Source: a virus (Duplodnaviria > Caudoviricetes). Taken from it: a stretch of DNA of 33,237 nucleotides. Of this stretch, positions 18,082 through 26,110 are shown in pieces. The stretch is taken from the IMG/VR virus record IMGVR_UViG_3300044466_000032, positions 1-33,237 of that record; one strand, 5' to 3'. Numbering within the stretch: position 1 is the stretch's first letter; every line of letters starts with the position of its first letter. Under the pieces are notes generated by a model. The model ran no database searches. It was not told the DNA's origin and saw only the letters and a list, made by a program, of their open reading frames with translations. The translations under genes were made by a program, and so were the position numbers.

Positions 18082-19971
18082 CTACGGGCAGCAGCCGGTG
18101 ATGTCGTTGGCGCCGGTCGTACCGTCGGGGCAAAGACGGATCTGGTAGTTGCGGACCTCGTGACCGAACCTGGCAATCAGGTGGCACTCCTCCATCCACG
18201 CCGCGGTGAAGTCGTTCTCGGCGTTCAGCGTGCTGTCGCGGACAACGCCGAGGTCGAGGCTCATGCCGTTACCGCGGGCGACGGTCCCGGCGGCGTACAT
18301 CAGCCCGTTGACCAGAGATGGGTACTGCGTGATCGGCGTCGCCGCGCCAGGCTGGCCGGCGGCCCGGACCTGGAAGTCGTCGACGAACTGGGTCCGGATG
18401 TTGCGGCAGTCGAACCATTGCGCGATCGCCGAGTCCGGCACGCACATGAAGTCGGAGACGCCGGTTCGCTTCGCCAAGTCGGCGCGGACGGCGCCCTTCG
18501 ACCAGGCGGGCAGGATCCATTCGACGACGTCGTCGTCGCACATGCCGAACTTGGTCCGATAGTCCCATGCGCCGAGTTCGGCGGTACCGAGTAGTGGCGC
18601 GGCTGCTCCCTCACCGACCGGGGTACAGCCCGTGATCGGTGTGCTGGCGGCGGTGACGATCTGCGAAATGTAGCGGGCGTTCTGCGCGTGGTAGTGCGCT
18701 GACATGAGCAGCCGCAGGAAGTTTCGGGTCGACTCGGGCCATGCGTTGTCGGCCAGGTTCCCGGCGGTGAGGCAGATGCCGTAGCACTCCAGGCGCACGT
18801 TCGTCATGCTGCTGCAGGGGACCCGGATACAGGGCTTGTTCGGGGTGCCGGTGACTGAGGCGATGTCGTCGGTTTCGGTCCACAGCCACGGCACCGTGGC
18901 ACTGGAGAACGCCGTGTACCACGGCAGTGCTGGGGAGAACGTGTCCGCCAGCGATGGCGACACGGGGAAGTTGATCCCGCCGCGTTCGACCCCGAACGTC
19001 GGCAGGTCGATCATTCCGCCTTCACAGGCGATGTTGAAAAAGTCGTACCGGTTCTGCGACGGGGCACACCAGCCGCCCGCCGCGACGATGGGTTCGAACT
19101 TCGACGCGAGGCGGTTGCCTTGCACCTTTTCGATGTACGCCTGGACCGCCTCGACCGACGAGTCGTCGGAGAACTTCGTCTCCCACGGGTTCGCGATCGA
19201 CGCGATCTGGACACCGCCATACGGGTCGTCGTGGTTGCGTCGGGCACCGCTGTACTGGTCGTTCACGCGGACCGCGTCGTACCGTGCGACCTGGTCCCGG
19301 CGGCCGCTGCCCCGGCCGGCCGCGTTGGGCATGCCCTTGGCGCGCTTCTCAGCCAACTCGCCGAGCGCCCGCAGGCCACCGATCCGGGCGCCAGGTTCGA
19401 ACTGCCCGGGCAGTCCCACGCTGGCTGTGATCGGGAGGTCCTCGGTCGGGGCCTGCACGGTGGGGGCGGCGGCGCGAGCGTTGGATAGGGATGGGTTCAG
19501 GCGGCTCTTACCGCCCTGCAGTCCGCCGGTGTCCCGGGACGCGGTCACCGCCCCGCCTGTGGGCCGGCCCGACGCGGACACGAGTTGCGGCGCCGGTGCT
19601 GCGGGAGCGGCGGGTACTTCGCCCTCCAACACCGCCGGTGCAGTGTCGGTCAGGTCCCCGACCGGGGCGTTCGCAACATCCTCCCCGGCGCGACGTGCTC
19701 GGAGCGCATCAAACTGGGCCTGCGTCTCCGCCGCCTCAGTCTCGATCGCCGTAGCCCGCTGCCCGATCACGTCGATCGCGTCGGCGAGTTCGGTCGCCCG
19801 GGTCAGCTGGTCGGCTTTCGGGCCGCCGTCCTGGTCGTAGATCTGATCAAACTCGGCCTCCGCCGATGCGCGGAGTTCCGCGAGTTGCTCCGGGGTGAGG
19901 TCGTCGAGTGAGGAGGGAAGGGTGAACGGGGCGCCCGCGTCGCCAACGCCGCCGCTCGTGGTCTTAGGCAT
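18082..19971 (-). CDS. Major capsid (hexamer-like) protein with fused N-terminal scaffold region
   Basis: Acidic coiled-coil and Pro/Ala N-terminal half, then IVAAGGWCAPS, DLP.FGVERGGI, KPCIRVPC and DSTLNAEND in an HK97-like C-terminal half. Confidence 0.88.
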   Translation of the reverse strand: MPKTTSGGVGDAGAPFTLPSSLDDLTPEQLAELRASAEAEFDQIYDQDGGPKADQLTRATELADAIDVIGQRATAIETEAAETQAQFDALRARRAGEDVANAPVGDLTDTAPAVLEGEVPAAPAAPAPQLVSASGRPTGGAVTASRDTGGLQGGKSRLNPSLSNARAAAPTVQAPTEDLPITASVGLPGQFEPGARIGGLRALGELAEKRAKGMPNAAGRGSGRRDQVARYDAVRVNDQYSGARRNHDDPYGGVQIASIANPWETKFSDDSSVEAVQAYIEKVQGNRLASKFEPIVAAGGWCAPSQNRYDFFNIACEGGMIDLPTFGVERGGINFPVSPSLADTFSPALPWYTAFSSATVPWLWTETDDIASVTGTPNKPCIRVPCSSMTNVRLECYGICLTAGNLADNAWPESTRNFLRLLMSAHYHAQNARYISQIVTAASTPITGCTPVGEGAAAPLLGTAELGAWDYRTKFGMCDDDVVEWILPAWSKGAVRADLAKRTGVSDFMCVPDSAIAQWFDCRNIRTQFVDDFQVRAAGQPGAATPITQYPSLVNGLMYAAGTVARGNGMSLDLGVVRDSTLNAENDFTAAWMEECHLIARFGHEVRNYQIRLCPDGTTGANDITGCCP

Positions 19972-20035
19972 ATGGGCCCCCGCGAAATAGTGAAGACAAT
20001 TCGTGATGTCTGCACCTGGGGGCTATCCAGATCAA

Positions 20036-20069
20036 ACGGTCGTGTTGGCCGCCATACTAGACGGTCGTG
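20036..20069 (-). promoter_or_regulatory. Candidate capsid promoter: TAGTAT -10 flanked by a direct repeat
   Basis: Lies in the AT-richer 179-bp gap upstream of the capsid gene. ACGGTCGTG occurs at 20036-20044 and 20061-20069 around TAGTAT (- strand, 20054-20059). No consensus -35. Confidence 0.4.
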
Positions 20070-20150
20070 ATCGTTTTGTGGTAACGGCGTGCCCTACTCG
20101 GGTGGCGGCGGTGGTGGAGGCTTCGGTTTACCACATGCGCACATCGGTGC

Positions 20151-21497
20151 TCACCCCCTTCCTCTTCTGGCGGCGAGGGCGGCGAACCGAGCAGTCCGGT
20201 CCCTGTTGATGCTACGGGCCAACCGCTCCAACACCGGCCTGGTATCAACCGGCTGGTGCTGCACGAAACGGATCGGGACGGTCGACGCAACGATCGTGTC
20301 GTCCCGGATCCGAACCGACGACGTTGTCCCACGCGGGAAACCTTCGACCGGGACGAGGAGGGCGGCGTTCAGCCGACCGTTCTGCCAATCGCCGGACAAC
20401 GCGCACGCCATCATCCGCTCGAACGCGTCCGCGTCAACCCCGTGGAGGAGACCGCCGGCAACCCACGTTCCGTGCCGGTTCTCCCCGACCCGGACCCGGG
20501 CGATGATGCTGCACGTGTTGTCGTAGTGCTGCATCGCCCACGCCGGATCCGCCCGCCGCGTGTCGAACGGCGACGGGTGCCCGCAATCAAAAGTAATGTT
20601 CCCGGCGTTGATGCGGTAGATCTGCCCATCAGCGCCGGCCACGAGTGCCGGCTTGTTCTGAAACTCAGAATAGTCAATCCCGCGGGGGATCGTGACGCGT
20701 CTCCCGGAGGCCCGGAACCCGCGGTGAGTGACCCGATCCGGTCCGAGGAGGCCGAAGATCCGACCCTCCTGGGTGATGTGGACCGCGCCGATCGGCGGCA
20801 ACTCGGCCGGCTCATCGAACCAGGCCTCGGGCCACACCTCGGGGATCGTCACCGTGTACGCGGCCGACGTGATGACCGTCGCACCCGGCCCGACCGTCTC
20901 CCCGTCGGGCTCAGCCGGAGCGTCGAGTTCGCCGAGCTCCACGGTCGCCTCGACAAATGCTGGCTCTGGGAGGAGGGTCGCGGATCGGATCCGGGCATGG
21001 TGGATGATCACCCCCGACGGTTCCATGTCCTCATCCACCACGACCGGCGGCGGCGGGATCTCGCCTTCGACGTCGTCGTCGGCGGCCAGGACCACCGGCT
21101 CCTCCGACGCCACCGGGTAGACGAGTTCGACGTCCTCATCCTCAGTGTCGTCGGCCATCAGCGACACGCCTCGCAGCATGCGTTTACCCATGAGCCGCAA
21201 CGCTTCGGCGCCCATGACACCGTCGTCGTCCATCACCCCCGCCATCCGGATCAGGTTCCCGTCGCGGGTCATGGTGTCGATCCGGCCGACGATGACGGCC
21301 CCGTCGTGCCCATCAGCCTCGGCCGGCTGCCATTTCAACGCGATGGGCAGGTCAGCCCATTCGAGTCCGTTCGGGGCGAACTGGCGGCGGGGCATGTCAC
21401 CGGTCCACACACCCTCAACGGCGAGGACACCGTACCAGGGTGTGCCGTCGACAATGTCCGGCATGACCTGTTCGGCTGCTGGTGCGGCTGGTTGCAT
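20151..21497 (-). CDS. Capsid maturation (prohead) protease
   Basis: Directly upstream of the capsid gene. N-terminal domain WYGVLAVEG..TGD...GHDGAVIVGRI...GVS...PAF fits a herpes/HK97-type His-Ser protease, followed by a second domain. Confidence 0.75.
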   Translation of the reverse strand: MQPAAPAAEQVMPDIVDGTPWYGVLAVEGVWTGDMPRRQFAPNGLEWADLPIALKWQPAEADGHDGAVIVGRIDTMTRDGNLIRMAGVMDDDGVMGAEALRLMGKRMLRGVSLMADDTEDEDVELVYPVASEEPVVLAADDDVEGEIPPPPVVVDEDMEPSGVIIHHARIRSATLLPEPAFVEATVELGELDAPAEPDGETVGPGATVITSAAYTVTIPEVWPEAWFDEPAELPPIGAVHITQEGRIFGLLGPDRVTHRGFRASGRRVTIPRGIDYSEFQNKPALVAGADGQIYRINAGNITFDCGHPSPFDTRRADPAWAMQHYDNTCSIIARVRVGENRHGTWVAGGLLHGVDADAFERMMACALSGDWQNGRLNAALLVPVEGFPRGTTSSVRIRDDTIVASTVPIRFVQHQPVDTRPVLERLARSINRDRTARFAALAARRGRG

Positions 21498-21545
21498 CGT
21501 GTTTCACCCCGTCGGCTTGCTGATGATCGTAACCCCGACCCGCCG

Positions 21546-21794
21546 TTACGCCCGCTCTCCGCCGTCGACGTTCATCGCCCACTCGGGAAACTCGTGACCG
21601 TTCGACTCCCACCGCAAACCGCCATCCCCCACATGCGGCTGCCGATGATCGAACCGATTCCACCAAATTTCATCTGGAATCCCAGCCGGAAACGCCGTAC
21701 ACGTCGGCCCGAGGATCTCATCCGCATCGTCGCTGTCCAGCGGGGAAACGAACCGGGCACACGTGCCGCATTGCGATGTTGGACGGGACGTCAC
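21546..21794 (-). CDS. Small Cys/His protein, candidate inhibitor of the upstream metallopeptidase
   Basis: GTGA coupling to the peptidase gene. Motif CGTC...CTAFPAGIP..I.....DH..P..GDGG. Function is inferred from position only. Confidence 0.65.
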   Translation of the reverse strand: MTSRPTSQCGTCARFVSPLDSDDADEILGPTCTAFPAGIPDEIWWNRFDHRQPHVGDGGLRWESNGHEFPEWAMNVDGGERA

Positions 21795-22765
21795 AATCCG
21801 CCTCCAAGCGTCTGCTGATACCGGCTCTCGATCAAACCAAAAATCTCCTGCGACAACGGTGACGCATCCTCGCCGCGGGTCATCACATCCGCGAACGCCT
21901 CAGCCGACAGTTCGAGTTTGTCCGTCGCCGCATACCCCGAAATTTGGTCCCGGACCAACACTGAGGGTTTCACACCGGCGACCTGCGCAGCCGGCCGTAC
22001 GATCCGCGATGCCGGTGTCGTCGCAGCGCCGGAGTGCCAGGAGACGCTGTGCCCGAACTCGTGCAGGGCGACACCGGTCGGGGAAGGTACCGATAGCCAC
22101 CCATCGTCGGCGGAACCGGTGAGGTCCTGCTGATACCTGCCCGGGTTCCGCGCGTATCCGACGTTGAACGCGATCGCGTCCTGCGTTCCGAACTGTGTGA
22201 CCGCGAACGCGAAAGGGTCGGTCAGGTCTGGGCGGGCGCTGCCGGGGCCGTAGGTGTGGACTGTCGAGATCGGCGTTTCGGGGAACCGTTCGAAACCTTG
22301 CAGGATCCCCTCGCCGTGCTCCCGGGCGATCTGCACGTCGGAGCCGGTCATGTCGACGCGGATGGTTCGGCCGGTGATCGTGGATGCTTCGGCCGCTATC
22401 GCTGCCGATACCTCTTCGGTTGTCTTCGCATCCTGTAACGACTGGCGCACACCACGGCCGCCTTTGCCGTGGCTGGCCTGGTCATGCTTCCCCGGCATGT
22501 GCGCGACCAACGCCGGATCCGCCGCCGCAACCGTCGCCGGCTCGGCTACCCCGTCGATTTGGGCGAGGATCGCCTTTATCTCCTCGTTCAGCAGGTCGTC
22601 AATGTCCGGCGACGCGGACCGGTCCGCCTGCCACACCGACAGGTCAGTCGTCTGCCCATCGTGGGGATTCTCATCGGCGGCGACGTACGGGACGACATCG
22701 CCGTACTGAAGCGACCACGCGGTGTGCAGTTCGCCGATCCGGCGCAGCGCCTCAGCCCTCGTCAC
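21791..22765 (-). CDS. Zincin metallopeptidase effector with N-terminal helical domain and His tag motif
   Basis: GTG at 22765 (GTGA overlap). HEFGH plus downstream SGYA...ELSAEAF (anthrax lethal factor-like / polyvalent-protein peptidase pattern). HMPGKHDQASHG precedes the enzyme domain. Confidence 0.8.
   Translation of the reverse strand: MTRAEALRRIGELHTAWSLQYGDVVPYVAADENPHDGQTTDLSVWQADRSASPDIDDLLNEEIKAILAQIDGVAEPATVAAADPALVAHMPGKHDQASHGKGGRGVRQSLQDAKTTEEVSAAIAAEASTITGRTIRVDMTGSDVQIAREHGEGILQGFERFPETPISTVHTYGPGSARPDLTDPFAFAVTQFGTQDAIAFNVGYARNPGRYQQDLTGSADDGWLSVPSPTGVALHEFGHSVSWHSGAATTPASRIVRPAAQVAGVKPSVLVRDQISGYAATDKLELSAEAFADVMTRGEDASPLSQEIFGLIESRYQQTLGGGL
22466..22501 (-). repeat. H[ML]PGKH[DN]QxSHG peptide tag, copy in the peptidase
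   Basis: Encodes HMPGKHDQASHG; the other copies are at 23383-23418 and 26886-26921. Confidence 0.9.
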
Positions 22766-23715
22766 AGCGTCTTCACCCCTTCCCACATCGACCCGAGGAG
22801 CATCTCTTTCCCGGGCCACGTCTTCGCGCCGGGAGTGTGGCCGATCATCGCTATTTCGATCGGCGTCGCCCCCGGATCCCGGATCAGCCGATTCACCTCA
22901 GCACGTATCCCGTCGCCGTAGTTGCCGGTCTGGATAGCGACATGCACCAGCGCCTCTGCGCGCGCGTCATTGTTGACGAAGTCGTACCCGGCCCTGGCGT
23001 GAGAGTAGCCACCGACGTCAATGTTGGCGGTGGTCGTGATCTGTTTGATGCCGTGTTCACGGTATGAGGCCTCAGCGTGCGTGTTGAACCGCGTGGCGAA
23101 ACCCTGACCCTGCATGCCGGGGTGTAGCGCCATGCCGTCGTGCTGGACGGTCCTCTGCCCAGGCGGCCGGATTGTCCGAACGGCCTGGCCGACAATGTTG
23201 CCGTCACGATCCATGATGTTGACGTCAACGTAAGTGGATGACCCTGGTCCGCCACTACGGATGCTGGCCACCTCAGCGGTCATGCCGGTCTGCTCGTCGT
23301 AAAAGTTGAACGTGTTCCGGATGGTCTGCTCGTCGTGAAGTGCTCCTGGCTTCCCGCCCCCCCCGGACCGCCCGCCGCCTTTGCCGTGCGACGACTGGTC
23401 GTGTTTGCCCGGGAGGTGCGCGACCAGGGCGCACGGCCCAGCATGTTTCGGGCTCAAACAGAATGCGCAACCCGTCCACAGAGTCTTACCCGCCACGATC
23501 ACCGGCCCGTCAGACACCAACCGGGCCCGAACATAGCCGTTCGACCAGCCGTCCAACGCCGCGAACACAGCAGCCGGTTTCGTCGCCCGGGCCAGCCGTA
23601 CCGCCACAAGTTCCTCACCCAAGCCAGTACCAGAGATCTGCCCATCAGCGGTCAGGGTGACGTCGCCCAGGACGTCACCGTCGTTGACCGCGAGCACAAG
23701 AAGCCGACCAGTCAC
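22762..23715 (-). CDS. GNAT-family acetyltransferase effector with N-terminal domain and both tag motifs
   Basis: Acetyl-CoA motif A LHPGMQGQGFATRF, then GIKQITTTANIDVGGYSHARAGYDF. GTGA coupling on both sides. Confidence 0.78.
   Translation of the reverse strand: MTGRLLVLAVNDGDVLGDVTLTADGQISGTGLGEELVAVRLARATKPAAVFAALDGWSNGYVRARLVSDGPVIVAGKTLWTGCAFCLSPKHAGPCALVAHLPGKHDQSSHGKGGGRSGGGGKPGALHDEQTIRNTFNFYDEQTGMTAEVASIRSGGPGSSTYVDVNIMDRDGNIVGQAVRTIRPPGQRTVQHDGMALHPGMQGQGFATRFNTHAEASYREHGIKQITTTANIDVGGYSHARAGYDFVNNDARAEALVHVAIQTGNYGDGIRAEVNRLIRDPGATPIEIAMIGHTPGAKTWPGKEMLLGSMWEGVKTL
23383..23478 (-). repeat. Adjacent Cys tag and His tag in the GNAT protein
   Basis: Encodes WTGCAFCLSPKHAGPC-ALVA-HLPGKHDQSSHG. 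Confidence 0.9.
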
Positions 23716-25880
23716 CGCCTGCCTGCCTTCCCCTTGCGGAGCAGCACCAACGTCGACTGCACCTGGCTGATCAACGCCTCCAGGCTCGCGCCTTCCTCAT
23801 CGATGGTTTCGCCAGCAGCGATCAAATCCTGCAACGCGCCCAAACGCTCGGTCAACGCTTGAATCTGCGCCTGCGCGATGGATCCCAGACGGTCCCGGGT
23901 CCCGGTCGCGTGTTCCCCGATTCGGTCAAGGCGTTGCATCGCTTTGTCGTGCCAGTCCTGATGCCCTGCCCGGGCATACTCCGGCCTCAGGCCCATCATC
24001 ACGGCGCGGGCGGTAACAACATCCTGGGCCGACAAATCGTTGTCGGCCCACTTACCCAAGTCGGGGAACGGGCGACTCAAAAACTCCCGAAAATAGTTTC
24101 CCGAACCAAACGGCGCAATATCCGGGTGGCCGTATCTGCCGTACCAGTTGAACGCGAACCCGTGATCTACAGCACCGATCACCCCGTCCGAACCAACAAT
24201 CCAGTTACCCGAATTTCGGTCATAGTTGTCCGTCAAAGCATCAACCAGGCCCATGATCCGACCCTGATCAGACTCGTAATAGTCGCCAGCTACACGCCAA
24301 CTCCCCGGAGCATGCGGCAGCTTCGCCGCCACCTGCCCGTCGAGGAACTCCATGTAGATCTGCCGCGCTGACTGGCGATACACCTCCGGTGCCCGCATCC
24401 CGAACGCCCGCAACGTCAACGCCGCCAACTCCTCGGCATCCTGCTGCAGTTTCGCCGATCGGCCCTCAACAGTTTTCGTGGCCTTGAACACGGCCCGCGA
24501 CCCGTCGCCGAACGTCACCAGTTCGGTCCGGGCCGCGTTCTGTCCACCGGACAGCGTGTCCCGGGACACCACCCCGGACCGGACCCGGTCCGCCAACGTA
24601 ACCGGCCGGGCCACAGCGGGAACCTCGACAACAGCCCGAACGACGGCCCGGTCCAGCTGGACCGTGTCGGTGTCGATGGTGAACATGTGGCCCTGCCGGA
24701 TGACCTCCACCGCATCGCCGTCGCCGAAGTCGCCGACCTCCGCCACCGGTTGCATCCGACCTGGGTCGTACGGCACCCGCTGCCCAGCATGGCCGATCGG
24801 GGACAGGCCCCGGCCGGTGGCGAGGCGTTCCATCTCGGCCCTCACCTGGACCAGGTTGCGGGCCTCGACCGCATCCCGCACCGCTCGTAGGTCAGCGGCG
24901 CGGATCCCGGCGGCCTCGGCCTGGGCGAGGCGCTGCCCGAGGATCGTAGCCAGCTCGTCGTCGAATGGTGCTCCGGCGCGGGCGTGCAACACGTTGTCGA
25001 CCTCGGCCGCAAGGTCGGCGACTGGTTCCACCTCGGCGATGGCTTTCTGCCGGGCCCGGGCCGCGCGGCGCAGCGCCGCACGATCCTCCACCGGCGGTGC
25101 AACGACCGGTGTCGGGTCGGCTACTCCGGACGTTCCCGGCAACTCCGGTTGCGGTGCCGCCTCCTGGCGTGCCTGCTGCGCCGATGCTTCCGGGATCGCG
25201 TAGGCCAACGTGCATCGGCATGAGGCCCGCTCCGCTGGCGGCAAGGCGGGGTCGTGGGGCCGGTCGCAGGAGTAGCCGCCCACCACGAACTGGGCGTTCA
25301 AATCGATCATCCCCGTGTCGCCGTACGTCGCCCCCGCCGCCTTGTGCGTCGGCCTCGTGCGCAGGTCAGGGGTGTCGAGCCACCCCTTGGTCATCTCCAT
25401 CCCGGACGCGCGGGCGGTCGCGATCGACCCAGCATTTGAGGCGTCAAGCACTTGTGTTCGGGCGACCAGGACTGCTTTCCGCGCCGTCAACCCCGCCGAC
25501 GCGCGAAGGCGTTCCGCGATCTGCGGGATGCTCTCGCCGGCCTCAAACCCGGCGACCATCTGATCCCGGGCCGTCTGCCACAGATCGTCGCCGACCTCAT
25601 CAAACGTGTTCCGGGCCTGCGCCAGATACGCCTCAGCCGTCGCCGAACCGACGCTCGGGAACGGGAACTCGACGTCGGCCGCGTCGACCATCTCCGCATG
25701 AACCTGCCCGGCGGAATCGTTCCACACCTCCCCGACAACCGGCATCAGATGCTGTTGAACAGCGTCATCCCACAGCGGCCCGATCGATGCCAAGTCGTCC
25801 GGGGACACGTACGGCTGCCCCGGCGGCAACCCATCGTCGGGTGGGGGCGGGTCGGCGGCGATCAGGGCCGGGGCGGTCAC
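23712..25880 (-). CDS. MuF-like minor head protein fused to a GrpE-like beta domain and a HipA/PI3-4-kinase-like domain
   Basis: MuF motifs VARTQ, KGWL...DLRTRPTH, PHDP and CRCTL. Middle segment GQRVPYDP...VEVIRQGH...RAVV. Kinase motifs LSGGQN, AVFK, EELA, NYDRNSGN and VDHGFAF. Confidence 0.85.
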   Translation of the reverse strand: MTAPALIAADPPPPDDGLPPGQPYVSPDDLASIGPLWDDAVQQHLMPVVGEVWNDSAGQVHAEMVDAADVEFPFPSVGSATAEAYLAQARNTFDEVGDDLWQTARDQMVAGFEAGESIPQIAERLRASAGLTARKAVLVARTQVLDASNAGSIATARASGMEMTKGWLDTPDLRTRPTHKAAGATYGDTGMIDLNAQFVVGGYSCDRPHDPALPPAERASCRCTLAYAIPEASAQQARQEAAPQPELPGTSGVADPTPVVAPPVEDRAALRRAARARQKAIAEVEPVADLAAEVDNVLHARAGAPFDDELATILGQRLAQAEAAGIRAADLRAVRDAVEARNLVQVRAEMERLATGRGLSPIGHAGQRVPYDPGRMQPVAEVGDFGDGDAVEVIRQGHMFTIDTDTVQLDRAVVRAVVEVPAVARPVTLADRVRSGVVSRDTLSGGQNAARTELVTFGDGSRAVFKATKTVEGRSAKLQQDAEELAALTLRAFGMRAPEVYRQSARQIYMEFLDGQVAAKLPHAPGSWRVAGDYYESDQGRIMGLVDALTDNYDRNSGNWIVGSDGVIGAVDHGFAFNWYGRYGHPDIAPFGSGNYFREFLSRPFPDLGKWADNDLSAQDVVTARAVMMGLRPEYARAGHQDWHDKAMQRLDRIGEHATGTRDRLGSIAQAQIQALTERLGALQDLIAAGETIDEEGASLEALISQVQSTLVLLRKGKAGRR

Positions 25881-26110
25881 GGCACATCCCTAGGACACGG
25901 CCCGGCATGCTGCGGGTTGAGACAGTACCGGCAACCCCTCCACACGACGCGGGCAGCGACGACAGGATCGGAACCCATCGGCGTCGACCCTTCAGCATCG
26001 ACCGGTCTCGACACGTTGATTGTCTTCTTCGACGTTGGCTGCCTCAGGACATCTACCGGCGACTCGTCAGTAATACGCTCACGGGCCCGGTCGATCGGCG
26101 ACTCAGCCAT
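25877..26110 (-). CDS. Small protein ending in the Cys tag; candidate antidote of the ADP-ribosyltransferase
   Basis: Overlaps both neighbours (ATGGCTGA and GTGA). C-terminal WRGCRYCLNPQHAGPC at 25895-25942. Confidence 0.7.
   Translation of the reverse strand: MAESPIDRARERITDESPVDVLRQPTSKKTINVSRPVDAEGSTPMGSDPVVAARVVWRGCRYCLNPQHAGPCPRDVP

Noticed and set aside
17134-21818. Long + strand ORFs (486, 344 and 520 aa) and similar antisense ORFs across the window
   Set aside because: Shadow frames of high-GC - strand genes, with no motifs or RBS.
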